This document shows positions 1-8,016 of a DNA stretch of 19,994 nt, piece by piece. A model generated the notes under the pieces. That model did not search any database. It was not told the DNA's origin and saw only the letters and a list, made by a program, of their open reading frames with translations. This DNA comes from Gemmatimonadales bacterium (GTDB lineage: Bacteria > Gemmatimonadota > Gemmatimonadetes > Gemmatimonadales > GWC2-71-9): NCBI GenBank assembly GCA_041577295.1, contig JBFGJG010000065.1:1-19994 (forward strand), read 5' to 3'. Position 1 is the first letter of the stretch. Each line of letters starts with the position of its first letter. The position numbers and the translations under genes were made by a program.

Positions 1-1482
1 CAACACATCGCCAGGCTTCATACTCAGCGCCGCCCGTGCACCGACGACGGACCGGTTGAGCGCGTTGATCCCAGGCTTGCCGGGCGCACCACCGTTCTTG
101 CCACGGGGACCCACACGCCGGCGGTCGGTGAGAAGGCTCGCCTCGATCTCCTCGAGGGCCTCGTACTCCCGGATCACACCGTCACCCCCACGGTGTGTGC
201 CAGCACCACCACTCCCACGCCTCATCGCGTACGCGCGGACCCGAATGGGATGCTCCATCTCGAGCACCTCGATAGGTGTGTTCCGCGTGTTGGACATCCC
301 GACGTGGACAGCGGACGGCCCCGGCCCGCGACTCGACGCACCCTGGCCACCGCCGAGGGTCTCATAGTACGTCCACCCCGAGCCACCAAGTACGATGTTG
401 TTCATCGTCCCTTGCCCCTGTGCGGGCAGTTCCGCGGCCTCGCCGAGCGCCAGAAACAACACGTCGGTGATGCGCTGCGACGTCTCGACGTTGCCGGCTA
501 CCACGGCACGTGGCCACGGCGCGTTTACCACCGAGCCTCGAGGCGCGCGCACCTCGATCACCCGGTGAAAGCCACCGTTGGTCGGTAGCTCCTCGTCCAC
601 TAAACACCGCGCGACGAACAACGCCGCCGAGCGAGTCACCGACAGCGGACAGTTGACGTTCCCCCTCACGGCCGCATCGGTGTCAGAAAAATCGCAGATG
701 AGCTTGCCGTCGTTGACCTCAACGGCCACTCGAATGGTGACATCGCGCTCGTCTACTCCATCCCCCTCGAGCACATCCTCAGCGACATACCGCCCGGGGC
801 GCACACGCTCCCGAATCGCCGCGCGCGCCTGACGTTCCGCATAGTCGAGCAAATCGAGCGCGGCGCGCTCGACACCCTCGAGCTCATAGCGTTCCACCAT
901 CTCACGATACCGCACCGCCCCTCGTTCGCACGCGGCAAGCTGAGCGGCGAGATCGCCGCGCCGCACCTCCGGCGTGCGTACGTTGGCAAGAATGAGTCGC
1001 TCGAGTTCGCGATCAACCACGCCATTTCTTGCCCACCGCACCGGAGGAATCACTAGCCCCTCCTGGAACACATCGGTCGAGTGCGGTGGCATGCTCCCCG
1101 GACGCGACCCACCCACGTCGGAGTGATGTGCACGCACAACCGTGTAGCCCGCCACCGCTTGACCCAAGGCGATGGCGTGCACCAACGTGATGTCGGGCAG
1201 ATGGGTACCACCGGTGTATGGGTCGTTGATGATGAACGTGTCGCCAGGCTCGGGTCCGAGCTCGCGCACAGCTACCACCGCCTCTGGCATGGCGCCCAGG
1301 TGAACGGGAATATGTGCGGCCTGCGCAACCATCTCACCGGATTCGGTGAACAGCGCCGCCGAGGAATCGCGCCGTTCGCGCACGTTGGGCGAAAGCGCGC
1401 TTGCGACGAGCACGGCCCCCATCTCCTCGGCGATGCCGGCAAATGCATGCGCCATCACCCGGAGACCAACGGCATCCAGCAT
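1..1482 (-). CDS. hyuB: Hydantoinase B/5-oxoprolinase subunit B family protein (3' end beyond the left edge)
   Basis: Not in the ORF track; translated by hand. ATG at 1482-1480 overlaps the upstream TGA (TGATG). Reads MLDAVGLRVMAHAFAGIAEEMG...SPNVRERRDSSAALF...AAHIPVHLGAM...NDPYTGGTHLPD...AHHSDVGG...FQEG...GNVETSQR...YETLGGGQGA...NTPIEVLE...KPGDVL, all hallmark Hydantoinase_B motifs. Substrate unknown. Confidence 0.93.
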   Translation of the reverse strand, partial: MLDAVGLRVMAHAFAGIAEEMGAVLVASALSPNVRERRDSSAALFTESGEMVAQAAHIPVHLGAMPEAVVAVRELGPEPGDTFIINDPYTGGTHLPDITLVHAIALGQAVAGYTVVRAHHSDVGGSRPGSMPPHSTDVFQEGLVIPPVRWARNGVVDRELERLILANVRTPEVRRGDLAAQLAACERGAVRYREMVERYELEGVERAALDLLDYAERQARAAIRERVRPGRYVAEDVLEGDGVDERDVTIRVAVEVNDGKLICDFSDTDAAVRGNVNCPLSVTRSAALFVARCLVDEELPTNGGFHRVIEVRAPRGSVVNAPWPRAVVAGNVETSQRITDVLFLALGEAAELPAQGQGTMNNIVLGGSGWTYYETLGGGQGASSRGPGPSAVHVGMSNTRNTPIEVLEMEHPIRVRAYAMRRGSGGAGTHRGGDGVIREYEALEEIEASLLTDRRRVGPRGKNGGAPGKPGINALNRSVVGARAALSMKPGDVL

Positions 1483-3425
1483 CACGTACGCTCCACGAGG
1501 ATGGCACCCGTCTCCTGCACGGTGGCCGTCCACCCCTCTTCGATTCTCGCCGTCGCATCGACGCCGTCTAGCATGACCGGACCCCGTAGACACGTGGCCA
1601 CTGGCAACCCCTGTAGCGGTGCTCGTCCCGAGACGAGACCAGCACCCTTGCGCTCAGAGGCACGCACCGACACGCCGCTGGACGCACGCTCAGCCACCAC
1701 ACGGATGTTGACGACATCCACTTGCCCGCCGAGGTCGGCGTGCCCAAATCGCTCGCGATGCACTTCGTGGAACGCCGTCGCGATCGCTTGTCCGTCACCC
1801 GTACCGCCAACCATGAGTTCGTACCCTTGGCCAGGATATCGACAGTCGGCGAGACGCTGGATGCGCGCATAGGGCAACTCGCGGCGAGCCGTCTCTTCGA
1901 GATCCTGAAACGCGTCATTCAACGCGTGGCGATCGAGTTCGTCGCTCGAGCGGTGTAGCGAGCTCACGAACTCGATCTTCTCAGGAGCGACGGCAAGCCC
2001 GAGCGCCGACAGCACACCTGGATGGGGCGGAATCAGCGCGCGTCGCATCCCCAATGCCTCGGCCATCTTACACGTGAACAGCGGACCGGCACCGCCAAAC
2101 GGCACCAGCGTCATGCGCCGTGGATCGATCCCGCGCTCGACACTCACACGGCGCAGGGCCCGAACCATCGCGGCGTTCGCGATTTCGATGATCCCTTCTG
2201 CACAACGCGCCACCGTGAGGCCCGATCCCGTCGCCACCGTTTCGATGGCGCGTTTGGCCCGCGCGACATCGAGTGGGAGATCGTCGGCCAATGGGTGTGC
2301 TGCGTCCAGCCAGCCCAGGACCAACGCCGCATCGGTCACCGTCGGCTCTTCACCACCGAGCCCATAACACGCCGGCCCCGGCACCGCCCCGGCACTGCGA
2401 GGGCCCACTCGCAGTGCACCACCCCGATCGAGCCACGCAATGCTCCCGCCGCCCGCACCCACCGTCTCGATCAGCACGTGCGGCAGTGCGAGCGGAACGC
2501 CGCCAACCACACCACCCGGCTCGGTGAGCGGTGACCCGTTCACGATGACACTCGCATCTGCACTCGTCCCCCCCATGTCCAGCGTCAACAGATCCTGATG
2601 ACCCGATCCCGCTCCCATGAGTCGGGCTCCCTCGACACCGCCCGCTGGACCCGACAGCGCAAGAGCCGCTGCTCGCTGGGTCGCTTGCTCGGCGCGCAAC
2701 GTTCCACCATTCGAAGCCATGATGCGCAGATAATCGATCCCGTTGGCGCGCGCGTCTCGACCCATTCGATCGAGATACGCACTCACCACGGGCCTGAGAA
2801 ACGCCTCCGCCGCCGTCGTGCTCACACGTTCGTACTCGCGAAAAACGGGCAGCACCTCGTGACTGCACACCACGGGTGTATCACCGATCGCGGTGCGGAG
2901 TGCCCCTCCCAATTGCTGCTCGTGCGTGGGATCGCGAAACGCAAAGAGAAAGCACACCGCGACCGCATCGGGGCGCCGGGCGTTGACCCACTGCACCACA
3001 CGCGCGCTCTCGCTCTCGGTAAGCAACTCGACCACTCCCTCAGGCCCTCGGCGCTCGCGCACGCCCACCACGTCGTCCCGAGCAACCACGGGCGGCGGAT
3101 GATCGCGGCTCAGATCGTACAACGCGGCCCGATCTTGCCGCCGTAACCATAGGAGATCCTCGAACCCCGCTGTGGTTACGAGCACCACACGACCTCCGGT
3201 GCGCTCCAACAGCGCATTGGTCGCGACGGTCGTCCCATGAATCAGCGCGACGTCAGCACGATCACCGGTCAGCGACGCAAGCCGCTTCCATAACGGTCTC
3301 GGTAGACCACCGCGCACCGAGCGCATCTTGTCGACCGCGATACCATCACCCGAGATCGCGACTACGTCGGTGAAGGTGCCACCGACATCGATGCCTAGTC
3401 GGACTCCGGCGTTGGAGCTAGACAT
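1482..3425 (-). CDS. hyuA: Hydantoinase A/5-oxoprolinase subunit A family protein (ATP-binding subunit), 647 aa
   Basis: Motifs GIDVGGTFTD, HGTTVATNALLER, REYER, LSGPAGG, DMGGTSAD, GAGGGSIA, SAGAVPGPACYG, PTVTDA, FGGAGP, SALG and RYPGQ; coupled to the B subunit. Confidence 0.95.
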   Translation of the reverse strand: MSSSNAGVRLGIDVGGTFTDVVAISGDGIAVDKMRSVRGGLPRPLWKRLASLTGDRADVALIHGTTVATNALLERTGGRVVLVTTAGFEDLLWLRRQDRAALYDLSRDHPPPVVARDDVVGVRERRGPEGVVELLTESESARVVQWVNARRPDAVAVCFLFAFRDPTHEQQLGGALRTAIGDTPVVCSHEVLPVFREYERVSTTAAEAFLRPVVSAYLDRMGRDARANGIDYLRIMASNGGTLRAEQATQRAAALALSGPAGGVEGARLMGAGSGHQDLLTLDMGGTSADASVIVNGSPLTEPGGVVGGVPLALPHVLIETVGAGGGSIAWLDRGGALRVGPRSAGAVPGPACYGLGGEEPTVTDAALVLGWLDAAHPLADDLPLDVARAKRAIETVATGSGLTVARCAEGIIEIANAAMVRALRRVSVERGIDPRRMTLVPFGGAGPLFTCKMAEALGMRRALIPPHPGVLSALGLAVAPEKIEFVSSLHRSSDELDRHALNDAFQDLEETARRELPYARIQRLADCRYPGQGYELMVGGTGDGQAIATAFHEVHRERFGHADLGGQVDVVNIRVVAERASSGVSVRASERKGAGLVSGRAPLQGLPVATCLRGPVMLDGVDATARIEEGWTATVQETGAILVERT

Positions 3426-3457
3426 TTGGGTGCAGCAGAGGCAGGAGATTACAGCGA

Positions 3458-3479
3458 GATGGGCGGGATGGGCGGGATA
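3458..3479. repeat. Short 9-mer tandem repeat (GATGGGCGG)x2 + GATA
   Basis: Read directly: gatgggcgg gatgggcgg gata, upstream of the hyuA start. Confidence 0.7.
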
Positions 3480-3506
3480 CGCCGTTCCACACCGCGGCGC
3501 CCGGAT

Positions 3507-3565
3507 TCACTGCTCCCTCTTCCCTCCTCACTCTTCACTCCTCACTGTTGTTTACTCCTCACTGT
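3507..3565. repeat. Heptamer tandem array, consensus TC(A/C)CT(C/G)(C/T), overlapping the lnt 3' end
   Basis: tcactgc tccctct tccctcc tcactct tcactcc tcactgt (3507-3548), a 3-nt gap, then ttactcc tcactgt (3552-3565). Confidence 0.85.
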
Positions 3566-5077
3566 AGTAATCCCGGCAAGCCCGAACGCAAACAGCACCA
3601 CCCCCCAACCTACCCAGTCACCCAACCGAGTGTACGGGGTGATCGTGTCGGACGTGCGCAGCTCGTCAACGACGTAGGTGCGCTCGCCGAGCCGCGTCTG
3701 TCGCCGCGGACGACCGGTCGGGTCCACGAATTCGCTGATACCGGTGTTGGCCGCGCGTGCGATACCGACCCGGTTCTCGATCGCCCGCATCACGAGATGG
3801 GCCGCGTGTTGAAACGGCGCGCTCGTTTCACCAAACCACGCATCGTTCGTGATGTTCACGATGAACTGCGCGCCACGCCGCCGATAGTCTCGGCTCAAGT
3901 CTTCAAAGGCAGATTCGTAACATATGAGCACGCCGAAGGTGCCAACCGCAACCTGATACACAGGTCCTGGTGCGCCGGTACCAAACCCACCAAACCACCG
4001 GAGATTGAACCACCGCGGGTTGACAAACGGCACGCGCTCCACGATTGGGACGAGATAGCGCTTATGATACACCGGTTGCTCATCCCGGCGTCCCAACGTG
4101 TCGAACAGAAAGGCCGAGTTGTAGTACTCGTAGTCGTCCTGGCTCACGAAGACCACGTCGTGACCACCGACCAGGAGCGGTGTTCGATAATCGCGCGCCT
4201 GCTCTTTGATCAACACGTCCCACGCTTGGCGCCGAAAGAAGTAATCCGGGATCGCCGCTTCGGGCCAGATAACCAGATCAGGACTGCGAGCAATCATCGC
4301 TTCGAGAGAAAGCGCCGCCATGCTGCGCACGATCGAGTCCTGCACAACTGGCTCCCATTTTTCCTGATATCCAACGTTTGGTTGCACGAGCGCAATGTCG
4401 CCAACCACGCGTACGCTCAGCGATCGCTCGCGCCATACCCCGTAGAGGACTGCCAACAGGATGCCACCCGCCACCGCACCAACGAGCGCGATGGTCCTCC
4501 GGCGTCGGGCACGTTCCAACCAAGCGAAGGCCAGCGCAACGTTCGCGACGGCGAGCAACAGCGTGATACCCCGGGCGCCGATGACGTCCGCGACCTGCAC
4601 CACGGTGGGATAGCCGGTGAGCGAAGTCCCGAGTCCGAGCCATGGAAAACGCACGTCACCCAGGTGCCCAACCGTCCACTCCACCATCGTCCAGTAAACC
4701 GGAAGCGCCACCAAGAGTGAGACCTCGCCACGTTGCCACACCCATCCGACGAGCGCGAACATCACCGCCGCGAACAAGCCGAGAACCACAATAGTTACAC
4801 CGTAGCCCAGGGCGGCCAGCCACGTGAAGTTCCACAGGGCAATCACCATCCAGTACAGCACCAACGCGCTCGAGGAAAGGCCGAACCAGAACCCCTGCAC
4901 CATGCGCCGTCGTATTGGACGGGGGTCGTCGGTACTTCGCACCAGCAGCAGGACTGCGGGGATCAGACAGGTAAATGACGGAACGAAGAGATGAAACGGC
5001 GGATAGGCAAGCAAGAGCAGGACGGCGCCCGTCCCAACCAACAACCAATCCCCTCGCGGCAGTGCGAGGGCTCTCAC
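3542..5077 (-). CDS. lnt: Apolipoprotein N-acyltransferase, about 511 aa
   Basis: Multiple N-terminal TM segments, FPWLGLG, VQPN, catalytic triad VIWPEAA (E), YHKRYLVP (K), LICYES (C), then NITNDAWFG, RAIENR, AANTGIS, TPYTRLGDW. Start moved from 5377 to the in-frame GTG at 5077, which overlaps the upstream TGA (GTGA). Confidence 0.95.
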   Translation of the reverse strand: MRALALPRGDWLLVGTGAVLLLLAYPPFHLFVPSFTCLIPAVLLLVRSTDDPRPIRRRMVQGFWFGLSSSALVLYWMVIALWNFTWLAALGYGVTIVVLGLFAAVMFALVGWVWQRGEVSLLVALPVYWTMVEWTVGHLGDVRFPWLGLGTSLTGYPTVVQVADVIGARGITLLLAVANVALAFAWLERARRRRTIALVGAVAGGILLAVLYGVWRERSLSVRVVGDIALVQPNVGYQEKWEPVVQDSIVRSMAALSLEAMIARSPDLVIWPEAAIPDYFFRRQAWDVLIKEQARDYRTPLLVGGHDVVFVSQDDYEYYNSAFLFDTLGRRDEQPVYHKRYLVPIVERVPFVNPRWFNLRWFGGFGTGAPGPVYQVAVGTFGVLICYESAFEDLSRDYRRRGAQFIVNITNDAWFGETSAPFQHAAHLVMRAIENRVGIARAANTGISEFVDPTGRPRRQTRLGERTYVVDELRTSDTITPYTRLGDWVGWGVVLFAFGLAGITTVRSKQQ

Positions 5078-6084
5078 AGCTCGACGGAGCGGCCTTCGTT
5101 TGCGGACTGGGCGATCGCCTCCATCGTGCGATGCAACACGAACTGTTCTTCCAGACCGTTGGTCTCGGCCTCCCCCCGGACGCAGGCGAGAAAGTGGGCC
5201 CACTCGGCGCGGTACGAGTGGCTCAGCGCGTCTTCCCGTCCCATCACACCCGCGGGCGTCACATTTGTGGGGTTGCCGTGGATTCCCTTGAACACCCGCA
5301 GTGGACCGATTGCACCCGAGCCATTCTCCCCCATCACCTCGAACCAGAAGCGCTCCGACTGACCGACATGATGCCACGAGACGTCCACGAGGATGGACAT
5401 CCCGCCCTCACACTGGATCATGACGCTTGCAGTATCCTCAACGATGGCGCCGGATCGGGGCTCGGCAAACCAGCCGGTCACGAGTTTTGGCATGGGACAC
5501 CCGGCAATCCACAGGGCGAGATCGACGAGAGGCAGGCCGAGATCAAACATGGCCCCGCCACCCGACTGTGCTCGCCGCTCCCGCCACCCCGCCAGCTGCC
5601 CTGATGGGCGCCAGATATACCAGCCCGCTCGAATGGCCCGCAGCGTGCCCAACTCTCCGCCGTTGAGAAATTCGAGAAGCGACTGGACGTCGCTGCGGAA
5701 ACGATAGTTCATACCTACCATGACCACGCGTTTACTCCGCTCCTGCGCGGCGATCACCTCGCGTACTCCCGTGGACAGGAGAGCTACGGGGCGTTCAACG
5801 AACACGTGAGCGCCGGCGGACAGCGCCGTGAGGACGTGAACCTTGTGAAGATGGTTTGGCGTACAGATCGCCACGGCGTCGGGTTTGGAATACTTGAGGA
5901 GATCTTCGATGTCGTCGTAGACATCGGGAATCTCGAACCGCCGGGCGAGTCCCTGAGCCTTTGGAACGTCCATGTCCGCCAACGCAACGAGCTGGGCTCC
6001 TTTGAGCCGGCTGATGACGCCGAGGTGAGCGATCTGGGCGATCGCCCCAGCCCCTATCACACCCACGCGAATGGCGTCGCTCAT
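5074..6084 (-). CDS. Gfo/Idh/MocA family NAD(P)-dependent oxidoreductase, 336 aa
   Basis: Rossmann motif RVGVIGAGAIA, DAVAICTPNHLH, HVFVERP (EKP-type motif), VGMNYRF, GGGAMFDLG; ATGA overlap with the upstream gene. Confidence 0.92.
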   Translation of the reverse strand: MSDAIRVGVIGAGAIAQIAHLGVISRLKGAQLVALADMDVPKAQGLARRFEIPDVYDDIEDLLKYSKPDAVAICTPNHLHKVHVLTALSAGAHVFVERPVALLSTGVREVIAAQERSKRVVMVGMNYRFRSDVQSLLEFLNGGELGTLRAIRAGWYIWRPSGQLAGWRERRAQSGGGAMFDLGLPLVDLALWIAGCPMPKLVTGWFAEPRSGAIVEDTASVMIQCEGGMSILVDVSWHHVGQSERFWFEVMGENGSGAIGPLRVFKGIHGNPTNVTPAGVMGREDALSHSYRAEWAHFLACVRGEAETNGLEEQFVLHRTMEAIAQSANEGRSVEL

Positions 6085-6731
6085 CGCTGAGGCCGTGGCG
6101 TGAATCGAAACATCAGCCCTCCCCTCCCCGCTACCGTTCGTAGCTCACTGGAGAGTCCGGCCCGAAAATCGAAGGTGAGATACACCGGGTGGATCAACCC
6201 CACATGGATTCCGGCGGAAAAGTTGCCAGCCGCGGCGACGGTGTCCAGCGCGTCATCCACGAACGTGCCATCGATCGCCGCACCGCTCCCATTGCGATAG
6301 TGCACGCCCAATCCAAACCCCAGATACGGAACCACGCGGTTTGTGTACGGGAACACGTACTGGAGGTCGAGACCGAGCTCGAGATCGGCCAGCGAGATCG
6401 TGCCCACATCGATCGTGAAATCGCCGGTCGGATCGTTCACCACGCTGCGGAGCTGGGCCTCAAACTGCGCGATGTTCTCCTCGTTGAAGTCACCCTTGAA
6501 ATAGGACAGGCTGAACAGCAAGCGGACGTTGGGTGCGATGAAACCATAATCCACCCGCACCGCCCCTGTCGGCTCCTCGGTGAGCCGGTTGGGCGCGATA
6601 ACGCCGAACTCGAACCCAATTCCGGACAACTTCAGCCCCTCGTAGCTAAACTGCTCGAAGAACTGCTGCGCGGAAAGCGGCGCGGTGAAACCAACCAGCA
6701 AGCACGCGGCGAAGATGGGACCGGTCACCAT
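6081..6731 (-). CDS. Exported protein, probable small outer-membrane beta-barrel, about 216 aa
   Basis: From ATG 6731 (purine-rich upstream): signal peptide MVTGPIFAACLLVGFTAPLSA/QQ, amphipathic strands (GAVRVDYGF, LELGLDLQYVF, VPYLGFGLGVHY, YLTFDFRAG) and a C-terminal GGLMFRF. The track start at 6884 lies inside the upstream gene. Confidence 0.75.
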   Translation of the reverse strand: MVTGPIFAACLLVGFTAPLSAQQFFEQFSYEGLKLSGIGFEFGVIAPNRLTEEPTGAVRVDYGFIAPNVRLLFSLSYFKGDFNEENIAQFEAQLRSVVNDPTGDFTIDVGTISLADLELGLDLQYVFPYTNRVVPYLGFGLGVHYRNGSGAAIDGTFVDDALDTVAAAGNFSAGIHVGLIHPVYLTFDFRAGLSSELRTVAGRGGLMFRFTPRPQR

Positions 6732-6753
6732 CCCCTGCCTCTTGCGCCCCTCC

Positions 6754-8016
6754 CTAATAGAGTTTCTCAATTCTCGTCCCCGGGAAGTACGTTGTGAGTA
6801 TCTCTCCGAAATCCTGACCCGCACGGGCTCTGCCAACCGCCCCCCACTGACACATGCCCACACCATGTCCCCAGCCCGCGCCACTCACCGTCACGCGCTG
6901 AACGTTCCCATCGGCACCGTGATTGGTTGCCACCTCGAACGCGGTGCTCCCAAGGATCCGCCCGTCCGGCTGCGCAAGCACGCCCCGGATGTCAGGACCA
7001 TACACCGGGATATCACCACTTCCCACTTTGATACGGAGCTCCGTGATGCGCCTCGATGGCCCGGTCCGTTGGACGCGGAGGTCCCGCACCGCATCGACGA
7101 CGCTACCTTCTACCCCGACAACCCGGGGTAAAGTTCGTCGTAATATATCGGCGAGCTGAGGGCCATCCCACGTGACGGTCCAGCGGAATCTAGGAGAGAT
7201 ATCGCAGTAGAATCCTGCGCCGTGGCGATCGGATACCGACCGGAGATACGGGGTCGCACGACCAGTTCGGAAGCTCTCCTCGGGAGACGCCGTGGCCGAC
7301 CCACAGGTGGAGTGATAGAAGGGGCTAATGATCTCTCCATCGTAGGTGATCACCATGCCGGCCGTGGCGCGCACCGCCGCCCACCCCTGCCCAGTCTCCG
7401 CCCCGACCCCTCCGTACGCTTGATCGGTGACCGTGGCGCCCACGTCGTACCCTTGGGCCCCAAACTTCCCGCGGTTGGCAAGCGCGTACGTGCGTGACAC
7501 GACAGCTTGGGCCCGGAGCGCCGCCTCTTCGTTAGCGGCGCGGTTCCCCATTTCCGCGACGACCACACCGGCCACATACGCGTCGAGCGAGAGCTGATTG
7601 ACCGCCATGACCTGCCCGTCGAGGGCATACACCTCAATCACCCCGCGAAACGGCTTTCCATCGAGCTCCAGATGACGCGCGTTAGAGAGGCTCACGAAGG
7701 TCAGGGATTCGAATCGACCCGAGGCGGTGCCAGCTACCACCACCGCACGCCCATCCGCCTTCACGCTGACGGCGCTCCGCGCGCCAAGGCGAAACGCCGG
7801 CCGGCCATCGCTCGTCGCCGCCACCTCCCCTTGTCCCTCGAGCCGCACTTCACCAGCCCGGACAGCCACGCCGACCCGGATGTCTGGCTCCCCCGCGAGC
7901 GGCTCGACGGGGACGGCGGACGGCTTCCCGCAGGTAGCGAGGAGCACGGCGAAGCCCGCGCTAGCCGCGAGTGCTCTCAGCCAGCGCTTTCGCCAGTCGT
8001 TCGATCGTGTCCTCAA
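6754..8016 (-). CDS. SpoIID/LytB-domain peptidoglycan lytic transglycosylase, predicted lipoprotein (start uncertain)
   Basis: VNQLSLDAYVAGVVVAEMG (catalytic Glu region), ALRAQAVVSRTYA, DQAYGG, YHSTCG, PYLRSV, GWGHGVGMCQWGA, ILTTYFPG. Lipobox-like AVLLAT-C with Cys at 7932-7930. In-frame TTG at 8016 is my best start guess. Confidence 0.88.
   Translation of the reverse strand: MRTRSNDWRKRWLRALAASAGFAVLLATCGKPSAVPVEPLAGEPDIRVGVAVRAGEVRLEGQGEVAATSDGRPAFRLGARSAVSVKADGRAVVVAGTASGRFESLTFVSLSNARHLELDGKPFRGVIEVYALDGQVMAVNQLSLDAYVAGVVVAEMGNRAANEEAALRAQAVVSRTYALANRGKFGAQGYDVGATVTDQAYGGVGAETGQGWAAVRATAGMVITYDGEIISPFYHSTCGSATASPEESFRTGRATPYLRSVSDRHGAGFYCDISPRFRWTVTWDGPQLADILRRTLPRVVGVEGSVVDAVRDLRVQRTGPSRRITELRIKVGSGDIPVYGPDIRGVLAQPDGRILGSTAFEVATNHGADGNVQRVTVSGAGWGHGVGMCQWGAVGRARAGQDFGEILTTYFPGTRIEKLY

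Noticed and set aside
3548..4720. 390-aa plus-strand ORF (and similar ones at 1081-1872, 13694-14695 and others)
   Set aside because: Antisense shadows of well-supported minus-strand genes. They are Arg/His/Pro-rich with no motifs, as expected from codon bias in GC-rich DNA.
5078..5377. 100-aa N-terminal extension of Lnt in the ORF track
   Set aside because: Lies inside the oxidoreductase gene in another frame; the GTGA overlap at 5077 gives a normal-length Lnt.
6754..8016. Evidence for sporulation from the SpoIID domain
   Set aside because: SpoIID/LytB homologues are common in non-sporulating bacteria, no other spo genes are present, and lnt plus a barrel protein indicate a diderm envelope.
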